Positions 48,954-60,106 of a stretch of 64,000 nucleotides of DNA are shown here, one piece after another. The first letter of the stretch is position 1. Every line of letters begins with the position of its first letter. This DNA comes from Escherichia coli (GTDB lineage: Bacteria; Pseudomonadota; Gammaproteobacteria; Enterobacterales; Enterobacteriaceae), in the NCBI RefSeq assembly GCF_003334305.1, contig NZ_QOWS01000007.1, one strand, 5' to 3'. The notes below the pieces were generated by a model. It worked only from the letters and a program-made list of their open reading frames with translations, ran no database searches and was not told where the DNA came from. The translations under genes and the position numbers were made by a program.

Positions 48954-49937
48954 TTAGGGCAGACCATCAACGTGCGTTGCCAGCCACTGTTTACCATCTT
49001 CCGTTTTGGTATAGAGATCGATTGGCACCTGAATCACTTTTTCACCGTCGGCTTGTTTATTGATAACCTTCAATGTTTGCGCGAAAACAGCATTGCCCAT
49101 TTTCTTACCGGAAATATCCACTACCGCTTTCAGCACCTGATTGTTTTCCAGCTCCTGAGCAATTTCGGTTGTCATATCCGAACCGAAAACAGCAATTTTT
49201 CCGGCCTGATTTTGATTACGTACCGCTTTTACCGCGCCGAGTGTCGCACCGCCCGACTCCCCCATAATGGCGTTGAGATCCGGCGTGGAGATAATCAGTT
49301 TTTCACCAACGGAAATCGCTTTATCTAAAACAGTCCCTTCCTGATTAGCGACAATTTGCGCGCCGGGAACGCGGGATTTTAATACTTCTTCAAATCCTTT
49401 ACGTCGCTGCACACAAACTTCAAAGGCTTCGCAATTGATGACGGCAATTTTCGGCTGGTCAATTTTATTGGCAATAAAATAATCGGCGGCAGCGTTACCC
49501 AGTTTTTTACCAAATTCCAGTGGATCGCCGACCAGATACGCCGAGACATATTTATCGACACCCTTTTGATTAATACAGGTGTTGTAGCAAATCACCGGAA
49601 TACCCGCTTCACTGGCGCGACGAACGGTACGGCTACTGCCATTTTCAGACACTGCCGATAAAATAATGGCATCGACATTACGCGCCACGAGGGTATCAAC
49701 AAAGGTACTTTCTTTCGAAATATCACCCTGGGCGTTAGTTTCAATTAACTGTACCTGTACTGAAGAATCTTTTGCCGCATCCTGAACGCCCTGACGCACT
49801 CCAGCGTAATATCCCTGGGTATCAAGGTATATTGCACCAATGGTCATCTCTTTATCCGCAGCCCTGGCAAATAGTGCGCTACCTAATAGCGTACCCATTA
49901 ATAATAGATTACGGGTTGTTCTCATTTTTTTAGGCAT
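48954..49937 (-). CDS. yphF: periplasmic sugar-binding protein YphF, 327 aa
   Basis: Signal peptide MPKKMRTTRNLLLMGTLLGSALFARA; type I periplasmic binding protein-like. Confidence 0.88.
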   Translation of the reverse strand: MPKKMRTTRNLLLMGTLLGSALFARAADKEMTIGAIYLDTQGYYAGVRQGVQDAAKDSSVQVQLIETNAQGDISKESTFVDTLVARNVDAIILSAVSENGSSRTVRRASEAGIPVICYNTCINQKGVDKYVSAYLVGDPLEFGKKLGNAAADYFIANKIDQPKIAVINCEAFEVCVQRRKGFEEVLKSRVPGAQIVANQEGTVLDKAISVGEKLIISTPDLNAIMGESGGATLGAVKAVRNQNQAGKIAVFGSDMTTEIAQELENNQVLKAVVDISGKKMGNAVFAQTLKVINKQADGEKVIQVPIDLYTKTEDGKQWLATHVDGLP

Positions 49938-50033
49938 AGTGCCTCCTGTAGGGTTTTTATTAACAACGGCTTATTCTAATTATTTTGTGATGAGCGGCAG
50001 CGCGTGCCGCTCAAATATTACAGTTAATAGGGT

Positions 50034-53000
50034 TTAGTGAACGTAGTTAAAAATAAAAGGCATCACGGTGGTGAATAATGCCGCTTTCGGCCAGGCCGGA
50101 TTAATCGCCGTCAATTCAGCGCGAGCAGATTCATATTGCGCAACCTCCCCGAGTCCCGCGGACGCCAGCATCGCCACCATCAGGCATTTTTCTTTATGCT
50201 GCTGTTGTAAATCGCCATACAGCGACAACAGGTCAGGTTGTGAAACAGCAAAGAAATCCGCCTCAATACTGGTTTTCGCCATCTCTTGCGCCCACTGTTT
50301 CATTTCACTAAACAGTTGCTGTGCGGTTTGCTGTTCACCCAGCAGTCGCAGCGCCATTCCTTGCCAGAAGAGATAATCAACCGGCTGATCGTTGTAATAA
50401 CTGTGGATGTTAATGGTGCGATCGCCGGTCGCCGCCAGACGTAAACAACGCATCGCTTCAGTTTCATCGCCCTGCGCGTTGGCGCATATCGCCTGCCAGA
50501 ACCAGATGTCGTTATCAGTTTGCCCCGGTAAACGGCCTTCGCTTAAATTCTCCGGATAATGCAGCGCGGCATGAAGCAGTTCGCTGGCCTGCTGCGGCTC
50601 TCTGGCATCAAGATGCTGCCAGGCGCGTAATAACTGGTTGAGGATAAACTGACTGGTGACCTTCCCTTCCCCGCCTTCCCACGGGTGGAATTTGCGCGTG
50701 GCGAGAATGTCCGCCGCTTTGTCTGCCTGACCCGTGAGATGCCACAAATTGAGCAACTCTGCTGTCATGTCGTCGCGTTTCAGCGCAATTTCCAGATTAT
50801 TTTCCAGACGCGCCAGTCGTTTCTCCGGTGTGGCTCCGCTTAACTTATCAAGCAAATCCCGTTCGAAAAGCAGACGTGCATCCTGCGGCGCAAGCTGATA
50901 AGCATTATCAAGATAACGCGCGGCCAGCTCATAATCGTGTTGCTTATTCCACGCATGGATCGCTAACCCGCGCCAGCCGTCGGCAAACTCCGGCGACATC
51001 TCTACGCAACGTTGCCATAAGGTAATGGCTTTGTTGTAGCTACGCTTGTTGTAGTAGAAGCAGGCCAGTAAATGACGGGCAAACCAGCACTCTTCAATAC
51101 TCTCCAGCGCCGCCACTTCTTCCAGCGTATTCGGGAAACGGACAAACTGCGGGAAGACATCAATGGCTTTTGCGACCAGTTCGCCGCGTTCGGCTTTCGG
51201 CAATAAACTCGCCTGCAGGTAAAGCGGCAGCGTGCGCTGGCAGTCCAGTGCGTTCAGCATCTCTGCCGCCAGGGTGGGCATTCCCCAGTTAATCAGTTGC
51301 CCGGCGGTCATCAGAGCGTTAACGTCGCGTCCCTGACACAGACCGCGCCACTGCGCGAGAGCTGATTCGCTACGACCATCGAACCAGTTCAGCCACCACA
51401 GAGTGGCGTTCAGCGGATAATCGCGCAGCAGTTTCTCGCGCTGCACACGCGCGTTGTCCTGACGACCACTTAACACCAGCAGCAGATTATGCAGGCAAAG
51501 CACTTCCTGATTGGTTGGGCAGGCGCGAAGACTTTGTTGGCAAAAATCCAGACCAGCGTCGAAGTTACCATTACGCGCCGCCAGTCGTGCCAGGCCATAA
51601 TAGCCACCGGCTTTGCTGTTGCCGCTCCAGACCGCACGCCAGAAATCCTCTTCGGCTTGTTGATATTGTCCCTGACGTTCGTAAGCACTGGCGCGAATCA
51701 AACTGGCCTGTCCGCACTGCGGATTTTTGTTCAGCGCATGTGCGCGTTTCAGCGCCTGAGTGGCATACGCCACCGCTTGCGGGAAATCGGCGCGGTTATA
51801 TTCCAGCATCGCCAGCGCCAGGTTACAGCGGTAATCCAGCGGATCCAGCACCACGCCGCGCAGGTAGTAATCGAACGGTGAACGGCTGGCGTGATGATAT
51901 TGCTCCAGATGCTGACCGATAAACCAGGCTTCATCTGTACTGGTAATGTCTTGTGCTGCCAGTGGCGCTTTGGCGACGTCCGGCAACGGCAACTCTTGCG
52001 GCTGATGTTCCTGATAACTCAGTACAATATTGCCGTCGGCATCGGAGAGCTCAATGGTCAGCCTTTCAGGATTGATACCGTGCAACACGCCCTGGATGGC
52101 GGTCGCAGGCATCAGTGCCACGGCATCATCAAGTAACGCGTTGCATTTGCCGATTTCGCGGATCGCCAGGCGGTATCCGTTCAACGGAGAGATGGCATAC
52201 AGCCCCCACTCAATCCCCCGCTTACTACGCTGGAGTTTTATCACCGCATCGCGGGAGGCATTTTGCACCATGCCCAAAGAATGATAAGGCAGGAAATACT
52301 GCTCAAAACGCATCTCTTCGTAAGCATCAAGCCAGGTAAAATCGGGCTGGTTATCGGCAAAAATACCGGTCATCAGTTCGATATACGGGCCGTTATTGTC
52401 GGTCAGACTCTTATCCCACGCCTGGCCAAATTCACTGTGTCCCCAACTCCACTGTTTTTTACCTGGCGCGATATGGTGGTTGGCAACGTGCAGCAAACCG
52501 CCATCTTCATCGTGACACCACGCGCCGACAAAATCGTACTGCGATTTTTCGGCCATATATGAGGTTGGAACAGGCACATTTTTATAGCGAGAAATGTCCA
52601 CTCCGGCGGAGTAGTCCACTTTGTAGTAAGTGCCGGTGGCGATGGGGAAAGCGGAGACGGCCCGTTTGCCGTGATCAAACACCGCAGTCACATCCGGTGG
52701 GAAAACGCTCTGATGCCCTTCCCCCCCTTTCACTGCCGGGTTGGCCCACCACAAGAAATGACGCGGCGTGGCGTTACCGTTATAGACGCGGCTGGCGATT
52801 TCCAGCGCCGCCCGTTCAGGACGCAGTGTGAAACCTGTCATCACCTGTAAACCGTGCATCGGCTCCGTTTCGCCGACCCACACCGTCTGTGCGCCGTCTT
52901 CATGGGCTTCGAGGGTGAAATCAACGGGCATAAAGGTGGTCGGGCGATGGTGTTGCGGCCAGTTAAACTCAATCCCGCCAGAGATCCACGGTCCCAGCAG

Positions 53001-53315
53001 CCCCACCAGCGCAGGTTTAATGACTTCATTGTGATAGACAAAATCGCGTTGTTTCACTTTATCCCATGCGCGATGCACACGACCGCCCAGTTCCGGCAGG
53101 ATCATCACTTTGATGTAGTCGTTTTCCAGCCACACCGCCTGCCAGGATTTCAGGGTTTTCTGCTCGCTCAGCGTATCGGTCACGCCGTAGGGATAAACCG
53201 CGCCGGACGATCCCTGATAAACGCGATTTTCCAAGAACATGGGATGTATATCCTGCGGCCCGGTTTCATAGGTCGGGATCTCAACGCGCTCTTGCCACAC
53301 TTTTACTGGAGTCAT
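50034..53315 (-). CDS. yphG: large uncharacterised protein YphG, 1093 aa (N-terminal domain of unknown function plus C-terminal helical repeats)
   Basis: Start at MTPVKVWQERVE (track ORF is a 31-codon extension); no signal peptide seen; C-terminal half rich in Ala/Leu/Trp/Tyr helical repeats. Confidence 0.8.
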   Translation of the reverse strand: MTPVKVWQERVEIPTYETGPQDIHPMFLENRVYQGSSGAVYPYGVTDTLSEQKTLKSWQAVWLENDYIKVMILPELGGRVHRAWDKVKQRDFVYHNEVIKPALVGLLGPWISGGIEFNWPQHHRPTTFMPVDFTLEAHEDGAQTVWVGETEPMHGLQVMTGFTLRPERAALEIASRVYNGNATPRHFLWWANPAVKGGEGHQSVFPPDVTAVFDHGKRAVSAFPIATGTYYKVDYSAGVDISRYKNVPVPTSYMAEKSQYDFVGAWCHDEDGGLLHVANHHIAPGKKQWSWGHSEFGQAWDKSLTDNNGPYIELMTGIFADNQPDFTWLDAYEEMRFEQYFLPYHSLGMVQNASRDAVIKLQRSKRGIEWGLYAISPLNGYRLAIREIGKCNALLDDAVALMPATAIQGVLHGINPERLTIELSDADGNIVLSYQEHQPQELPLPDVAKAPLAAQDITSTDEAWFIGQHLEQYHHASRSPFDYYLRGVVLDPLDYRCNLALAMLEYNRADFPQAVAYATQALKRAHALNKNPQCGQASLIRASAYERQGQYQQAEEDFWRAVWSGNSKAGGYYGLARLAARNGNFDAGLDFCQQSLRACPTNQEVLCLHNLLLVLSGRQDNARVQREKLLRDYPLNATLWWLNWFDGRSESALAQWRGLCQGRDVNALMTAGQLINWGMPTLAAEMLNALDCQRTLPLYLQASLLPKAERGELVAKAIDVFPQFVRFPNTLEEVAALESIEECWFARHLLACFYYNKRSYNKAITLWQRCVEMSPEFADGWRGLAIHAWNKQHDYELAARYLDNAYQLAPQDARLLFERDLLDKLSGATPEKRLARLENNLEIALKRDDMTAELLNLWHLTGQADKAADILATRKFHPWEGGEGKVTSQFILNQLLRAWQHLDAREPQQASELLHAALHYPENLSEGRLPGQTDNDIWFWQAICANAQGDETEAMRCLRLAATGDRTINIHSYYNDQPVDYLFWQGMALRLLGEQQTAQQLFSEMKQWAQEMAKTSIEADFFAVSQPDLLSLYGDLQQQHKEKCLMVAMLASAGLGEVAQYESARAELTAINPAWPKAALFTTVMPFIFNYVH

Positions 53316-53432
53316 GGTGCCCTCAATATTAACAAGACATACTGAATTAAAAGATTTGTGGCAGTGTATTGAACAATCTGGCAATGTTTTCGCGGAATAA
53401 TCACGCAATTAACTAAACAAGGTTTAGTGAAG

Positions 53433-54626
53433 ATGAGAGCCTGCATTAACAATCAACAGATTCGCCACCATAACAAATGCGTGATTCTGGAACTGCTGTA
53501 CCGGCAAAAGCGCGCCAATAAATCAACGCTGGCCCGGCTGGCGCAAATTTCGATTCCGGCAGTCAGTAATATTTTGCAGGAACTGGAAAGCGAAAAACGG
53601 GTGGTGAATATCGACGATGAAAGCCAGACGCGCGGGCATAGTAGCGGTACATGGCTGATTGCGCCGGAAGGTGACTGGACGCTGTGCCTGAACGTGACGC
53701 CCACCAGTATTGAGTGTCAGGTTGCTAATGCTTGTTTAAGTCCGAAAGGCGAGTTTGAGTATTTACAGATTGATGCACCGACGCCGCAGGCGCTGCTGTC
53801 CGAAATCGAAAAATGCTGGCATCGCCACCGTAAATTGTGGCCGGACCGCACCATCAATCTGGCGCTGGCAATCCACGGTCAGGTTGATCCGGTGACCGGC
53901 GTGTCGCAAACCATGCCGCAAGCGCCGTGGACAACGCCGGTGGAGGTGAAATATCTGCTGGAAGAGAAGCTCGGCATTCGGGTGATGGTCGATAATGACT
54001 GCGTGATGCTGGCGCTGGCGGAGAAATGGCAAAATAATTCGCAGGAACGGGATTTCTGCGTGATCAACGTTGATTACGGCATTGGCTCGTCGTTCGTGAT
54101 TAACGAGCAAATTTATCGCGGCAGTTTGTATGGTAGCGGACAGATTGGTCACACCATCGTTAATCCGGATGGCGTCGTCTGCGACTGTGGACGTTACGGC
54201 TGCCTGGAAACCGTCGCCTCGTTAAGTGCTTTAAAAAAACAGGCGCGGGTATGGCTAAAATCACAACCGGTTAATACTCAGCTTGATCCTGAAAAACTGA
54301 CAACCGCGCAGTTAATCGCTGCCTGGCAGAGTGGAGAACCGTGGATCACCAGCTGGGTTGACCGCAGTGCCAATGCCATTGGTTTGAGTCTGTATAACTT
54401 CCTCAACATCCTCAATATTAATCAGATTTGGTTGTACGGTCGCAGTTGTGCCTTTGGTGAGAACTGGCTTAATACTATTATTCGCCAGACAGGATTTAAC
54501 CCGTTCGACCGCGACGAAGGACCGAGCGTGAAAGCGACGCAAATTGGCTTCGGGCAATTAAGCCGCGCACAACAGGTGCTGGGAATTGGCTATTTGTATG
54601 TTGAGGCGCAGTTACGACAGATTTGA
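53433..54626 (+). CDS. yphH: ROK-family transcriptional regulator YphH (NagC/Mlc-like), 397 aa
   Basis: Start taken at ATG 53433 (MRACINN; track ORF starts at GTG 53427); N-terminal HTH; ROK zinc motif CDCGRYGCLE. Confidence 0.85.
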   Translation: MRACINNQQIRHHNKCVILELLYRQKRANKSTLARLAQISIPAVSNILQELESEKRVVNIDDESQTRGHSSGTWLIAPEGDWTLCLNVTPTSIECQVANACLSPKGEFEYLQIDAPTPQALLSEIEKCWHRHRKLWPDRTINLALAIHGQVDPVTGVSQTMPQAPWTTPVEVKYLLEEKLGIRVMVDNDCVMLALAEKWQNNSQERDFCVINVDYGIGSSFVINEQIYRGSLYGSGQIGHTIVNPDGVVCDCGRYGCLETVASLSALKKQARVWLKSQPVNTQLDPEKLTTAQLIAAWQSGEPWITSWVDRSANAIGLSLYNFLNILNINQIWLYGRSCAFGENWLNTIIRQTGFNPFDRDEGPSVKATQIGFGQLSRAQQVLGIGYLYVEAQLRQI

Positions 54627-54644
54627 TGGCGCGATAACGTAGAA

Positions 54645-54669
54645 AGGCTTCCCGAAGGAAGCCTTTTTT
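54645..54669. terminator. bidirectional terminator between convergent yphH and glyA
   Basis: aggcttcccgaaggaagcct hairpin followed by ttttt. Confidence 0.6.
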
Positions 54670-54689
54670 CAACAGATTAACCGTTTCGC

Positions 54690-55943
54690 TTATGCGTAAA
54701 CCGGGTAACGTGCGCAGATGTCGAGAACTTTACCTTTGATGCGCTCGATAACGGCTTCATCATTGATGCTGTCCAGCACGTCACACATCCAGCCAGCCAG
54801 TTCTTTCGCTTCTGCTTCTTTGAAGCCGCGACGCGTAATTGCCGGAGTACCCACGCGAATACCGGAGGTCACAAACGGGCTCTTCGGATCGTTCGGTACG
54901 CTGTTTTTGTTGACGGTGATGTTAGCACGGCCCAGAGCGGCGTCTGCTTCTTTACCGGTCAGGTTTTTATCGACCAGATCAACCAGGAACAGATGGTTAT
55001 CAGTACCGCCGGAAACCACTTTGTAGCCGCGTTCCAGGAACACTTCTACCATCGCTTTAGCGTTTTTAGCGACCTGCTGCTGGTAAGTTTTGAACTCAGG
55101 CTCCATCGCTTCTTTCAGAGCAACCGCTTTACCGGCGATTACGTGCATCAACGGACCGCCCTGACCACCAGGGAAAACGGCAGAGTTCAGTTTTTTGTAC
55201 AGCTCTTCGCTACCACCTTTCGCCAGGATCAGGCCGCCGCGCGGACCCGCCAGGGTTTTGTGAGTGGTGGTAGTAACAACGTGAGCATGAGGAACCGGGT
55301 TCGGGTAGACGCCAGCAGCAACCAGGCCCGCAACGTGCGCCATATCAACGAACAGGTAAGCACCGATGCTGTCAGCGATTTCACGCATTTTCGCCCAGTC
55401 CACCACGCCGGAATATGCAGAGAAACCACCGATAATCATTTTCGGCTTGTGTTCTTTGGCTTGTTTTTCCAGATCGGCGTAGTCGATATGACCGGTAGCA
55501 TCGATACCGTAAGGAACGATGTTGTACAGTTTACCGGAGAAGTTAACCGGAGAACCGTGAGTCAGGTGACCGCCATGCGCCAGGTTCATACCCAGAACGG
55601 TATCACCTGGTTCCAGCAGCGCGGTGTAGACCGCAAAGTTAGCCTGGGAGCCGGAGTGCGGCTGGACGTTAGCGTAGTCAGCGCCGAACAGTTCTTTCGC
55701 ACGATCGATCGCCAGTTGTTCAACGATATCAACATACTCGCAACCGCCGTAGTAGCGTTTGCCCGGATAACCTTCAGCATATTTGTTGGTCAGCTGAGAA
55801 CCCTGCGCCTGCATTACGCGCGGGCTGGTGTAGTTTTCGGAGGCGATCAGTTCGATGTGCTCTTCCTGACGTACTTTTTCCTGCTCCATAGCCTGCCACA
55901 GTTCGGCATCATAATCGGCAATGTTCATTTCACGCTTTAACAT
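54690..55943 (-). CDS. glyA: serine hydroxymethyltransferase, 417 aa
   Basis: Start at [19 protein letters not shown]-lysine region [14 protein letters not shown]. Confidence 0.97.
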
Positions 55944-56221
55944 CCGCATCTCCTGACTCAGCTAACAATAAAATTTTTGGCCTTTATAGGCGGTCCTGTT
56001 GGACAACGGCGAACAGTATAACCGAATCATTGTGCGATAACAGGTCTTGACAAAGGAATTTACGCAAACGATTACCTTCAGGCTACGCAAGGCTTTGGAG
56101 AATAAAGAGCTTGCAACCGGAAACGGATTTCTTTTCAGGTTTGTGATGCAAATTTTTCACTTCATCACATTCTTTCTGAAAAACACCAAAGAACCATTTA
56201 CATTGCAGGGCTATTTTTTAT

Positions 56222-56244
56222 AAGATGCATTTGAGATACATCAA
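56222..56244 (+). promoter_or_regulatory. candidate NsrR operator overlapping the hmp promoter
   Basis: Imperfect palindrome aagatgcatttgagatacatcaa about 27 nt upstream of hmp ATG; SD aaggaag at 56259-56265. Confidence 0.5.
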
Positions 56245-56270
56245 TTAAGATGCAAAAAAAGGAAGACCAT

Positions 56271-57461
56271 ATGCTTGACGCTCAAACCATCGCTACAGTA
56301 AAAGCCACCATCCCTTTACTGGTGGAAACGGGGCCAAAGTTAACCGCCCATTTCTACGACCGTATGTTTACTCATAACCCAGAACTCAAAGAAATTTTTA
56401 ACATGAGTAACCAGCGTAATGGCGATCAACGTGAAGCCCTGTTTAACGCTATTGCCGCCTACGCCAGTAATATTGAAAACCTGCCTGCGCTGCTGCCAGC
56501 GGTAGAAAAAATCGCGCAGAAGCACACCAGCTTCCAGATCAAACCGGAACAGTACAACATCGTCGGTGAACACCTGTTGGCAACGCTGGACGAAATGTTC
56601 AGCCCGGGGCAGGAAGTGCTGGACGCGTGGGGTAAAGCCTATGGTGTACTGGCTAATGTATTTATCAATCGCGAGGCGGAAATCTATAACGAAAACGCCA
56701 GCAAAGCCGGTGGTTGGGAAGGTACTCGCGATTTCCGCATTGTGGCTAAAACACCGCGCAGCGCGCTTATCACCAGCTTCGAACTGGAGCCGGTCGACGG
56801 TGGCGCAGTGGCAGAATACCGTCCGGGGCAATATCTCGGCGTCTGGCTGAAGCCGGAAGGTTTCCCGCATCAGGAAATTCGTCAGTACTCTTTGACTCGC
56901 AAACCGGATGGCAAAGGCTATCGTATTGCGGTGAAACGCGAAGAGGGTGGGCAGGTATCCAACTGGTTGCACAATCACGCCAATGTTGGCGATGTCGTGA
57001 AACTGGTTGCTCCGGCAGGTGATTTCTTTATGGCTGTCGCAGATGACACACCAGTGACGTTAATCTCTGCCGGTGTTGGTCAAACGCCAATGCTGGCAAT
57101 GCTCGACACGCTGGCAAAAGCAGGCCACACAGCACAAGTGAACTGGTTCCATGCGGCAGAAAATGGCGATGTTCACGCCTTTGCCGATGAAGTTAAGGAA
57201 CTGGGGCAGTCACTGCCGCGCTTTACCGCGCACACCTGGTATCGTCAGCCGAGCGAAGCCGATCGCGCTAAAGGTCAGTTTGATAGCGAAGGTCTGATGG
57301 ATTTGAGCAAACTGGAAGGTGCGTTCAGCGATCCGACAATGCAGTTCTATCTCTGCGGCCCGGTTGGCTTCATGCAGTTTACCGCGAAACAGTTAGTGGA
57401 TCTGGGCGTGAAGCAGGAAAACATTCATTACGAATGCTTTGGCCCGCATAAGGTGCTGTAA
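56271..57461 (+). CDS. hmp: flavohaemoglobin (nitric oxide dioxygenase), 396 aa
   Basis: Start at [17 protein letters not shown]; globin domain then FAD/NAD reductase domain (RQYSLT...). Confidence 0.95.
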
Positions 57462-57505
57462 TTTGATGTTGCCGGATGGAAACATCCGGCAACCCTTGAC
57501 GCGGT

Positions 57506-57880
<375 letters not shown>

Positions 57881-57904
57881 CTAAACGTAACACATAACGC
57901 CAAT

Positions 57905-59239
57905 TCATTCCTTGAAATCGTTTGCATCCAGCTCGTGTCGGGAAAGCAGTTTATAAAATTCTGTCCGGTTGCGCCCCGCCATTCTCGCCGCGTGGGTGAC
58001 GTTGCCTTTGGTAATTTGCAGCAGCTTACGCAAATAGTTGAGTTCAAACTGATTACGTGCCTCAACAAAGGTTGGCAGCGCCGTGTTTTCACCCTCCAGC
58101 GCCTGCTCTACTAATGCATCGCTAATAACCGGAGATGAGGTCAGCGCCACGCACTGTTCAATCACGTTGACCAACTGGCGCACATTACCCGGCCAGCTAG
58201 CGGTCATCAGGCGTTTCATCGCATCAGTGGAGAACGCGCGGACAAACGGTTTATGTCGCTCTGCCGCCTGGCGCAACAGGTGATTTGCCAGAAGCGGAAT
58301 GTCTTCTGTGCGCTCTGCCAGAGCCGGAATTTTCAGGCTGACAACGTTGAGGCGGTAATAGAGATCTTCACGGAATTCCCCGCGCGCCATCGCTTTTGGC
58401 AGGTCGCGGTGAGTGGCGGAAATAATCCGCACGTCGATATCAATATCGCGGTTGCTGCCCAGCGGGCGCACTTTACGCTCCTGCAACACGCGCAGCAGTT
58501 TGACCTGCAATGGTGCGGGCATATCGCCAATCTCATCGAGAAATAGCGTACCGCCTTCCGCCGCCTGGAATAAACCTTCGCGATTGCTGACAGCGCCAGT
58601 AAACGCGCCACGCGCATGACCAAACAGCTCCGACTCCAGCAACTGCTCGGGCAATGCGCCACAGTTAATAGCAATAAATGGTTTGCTGTTACGCGGGCTG
58701 GCGTTGTGGATAGCCTGGGCGAAAATCTCTTTCCCGGTGCCGCTCTGGCCATTAATCAACACGCTGACGTCTGATTGCGCCACCAGCCGCGCCTGTTCCA
58801 GCAAACGCAGCATCAGCGGGCTGCGGGTGACAATTGCCTCGCGCCAGCGTTCATCGGTGGCTGGCGCGGATTGCTCCAGCGCATCGTCAATTGCCTGATA
58901 TAGCGCGTCTTTGTCGACAGGCTTGGTGAGGAAACTAAAAACGCCCTGCTGTGTTGCAGCAACGGCATCGGGGATAGAACCATGCGCAGTAAGAATAATT
59001 ACCGGCATTCCCGGCTGCACTTTCTGGATTTCAGCAAACAGCTGCATACCGTCCATTTCATCCATCCGCAGGTCGCTGATAACTAAATCTACTTTTTCGC
59101 GATTCAGTACCCGTAATCCTTCAGCGCCACTTTCCGCCGTGACCACACTGTAGCCTTCGCTGGTCAGGCGCAGGCCAAGCAGTTTCAGCAATCCCGGATC
59201 GTCATCGACCAATAATAAATGCGCAGGTTTATGGCTCAT
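57905..59239 (-). CDS. glrR: sigma54-dependent response regulator GlrR (YfhA), 444 aa
   Basis: Start at [14 protein letters not shown]; receiver domain, AAA+ domain with GAFTGA, C-terminal HTH; start overlaps qseG stop by 11 nt. Confidence 0.93.
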   Translation of the reverse strand: MSHKPAHLLLVDDDPGLLKLLGLRLTSEGYSVVTAESGAEGLRVLNREKVDLVISDLRMDEMDGMQLFAEIQKVQPGMPVIILTAHGSIPDAVAATQQGVFSFLTKPVDKDALYQAIDDALEQSAPATDERWREAIVTRSPLMLRLLEQARLVAQSDVSVLINGQSGTGKEIFAQAIHNASPRNSKPFIAINCGALPEQLLESELFGHARGAFTGAVSNREGLFQAAEGGTLFLDEIGDMPAPLQVKLLRVLQERKVRPLGSNRDIDIDVRIISATHRDLPKAMARGEFREDLYYRLNVVSLKIPALAERTEDIPLLANHLLRQAAERHKPFVRAFSTDAMKRLMTASWPGNVRQLVNVIEQCVALTSSPVISDALVEQALEGENTALPTFVEARNQFELNYLRKLLQITKGNVTHAARMAGRNRTEFYKLLSRHELDANDFKE

Positions 59240-59942
59240 CAGGAGTGACCTCATGGGTGGATGGCGCGGGCTTTTCACCCTCGTGCGGCGTATCCGGCGA
59301 GAAATTTCCAGCCGGTTTGCGGGTCGAGAGCTGGCGTTCAATATCAGTCAGGTTTTCCAGCTTGCGGGTGGTGAGTTCCAGTTGCTGCTGTAGAACGTGA
59401 TGTTGCTGGCGCAATGTATCCAGCTCGCTGTCGCTGGCCTGCTGGAGCTTGCCGTAGCGTTGGCGCTCTTCCGCCAGTTGCAGTTGCAGCGCCTGACCGT
59501 CGCGCCAGAGTTGATACAGAGGGCGAACCTGTGCCGGGATCTCGGTACTTAGCGCATCAATGCGCGCGACCAGCTGGCGGCGCTCATACGGCGTAATTTT
59601 GGCGTCGGCGAGCAAAATCCCTTGTTTAAAGGTATTTTGCCAGCTGCCGTCGTCATATTGGCGAGCTTGCTGACGTGACTGCGCAGGCATTAAACGATCA
59701 GCACAATCCATCGCCCGCAGCCAGTAAAGCGGATTGGTTTCGGTTGATTTACCTTGCAGCGCCCAGATGTCGCTACATTCAGTAGAAAGATAGTCAGCCA
59801 GTTGATAAACCGGAATTTTTTCTTCTGCTGGCGTATCAATGGCTGGCTTATTGTGACTCTGCACGCAACCCAGCAATGCCAGACATGGCAGCCCTGCCAG
59901 CCACAGCCGTCGGGGCAATAATCGTTGAAAAATGTGTCGCAT
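59229..59942 (-). CDS. qseG: outer-membrane lipoprotein QseG (YfhG), 237 aa
   Basis: Start at MRHIFQRLLPRRLWLAGLPCLALLGC (lipobox LLGC). Confidence 0.85.
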   Translation of the reverse strand: MRHIFQRLLPRRLWLAGLPCLALLGCVQSHNKPAIDTPAEEKIPVYQLADYLSTECSDIWALQGKSTETNPLYWLRAMDCADRLMPAQSRQQARQYDDGSWQNTFKQGILLADAKITPYERRQLVARIDALSTEIPAQVRPLYQLWRDGQALQLQLAEERQRYGKLQQASDSELDTLRQQHHVLQQQLELTTRKLENLTDIERQLSTRKPAGNFSPDTPHEGEKPAPSTHEVTPDEP

Positions 59943-60106
59943 ATTCACCAGACTTAATGCCTATCCCAGTGGGCGTAATTATTGCAGGCAGTTTGGACAT
60001 GGACAGCGCGGAGAAACCGGAGCGTACACGTCGTACGTGAGGATTTCGAGCACTGCCCGGGGCCGAACTGGCAAATAAAATAGCCTGATGGGATAGGCTG
60101 TTAGCA

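Noticed and set aside
50031-53431. Exact 11-mer ggtttagtgaa at both the yphG stop (50031-50041) and the yphH start (53421-53431), near a short palindrome actaaac-aag-gtttagt (53412-53428)
   Set aside because: An 11-mer pair is expected hundreds of times by chance in 64 kb; no extended similarity around either copy. The palindrome could be an operator but the evidence is too thin.
54993-55940. 315-aa plus-strand ORF inside glyA; similar antisense ORFs inside hmp (56340-56978), purL (62980-63840), yphD (46458-47288) and yfhM
   Set aside because: Same shadow-ORF phenomenon; no independent start signals or intergenic context.
59943-60106. 164-bp gap between glrK and qseG containing short palindromes
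   Set aside because: Palindromes are short (8 bp or less) and unremarkable; no ORF or promoter motif that I could support.
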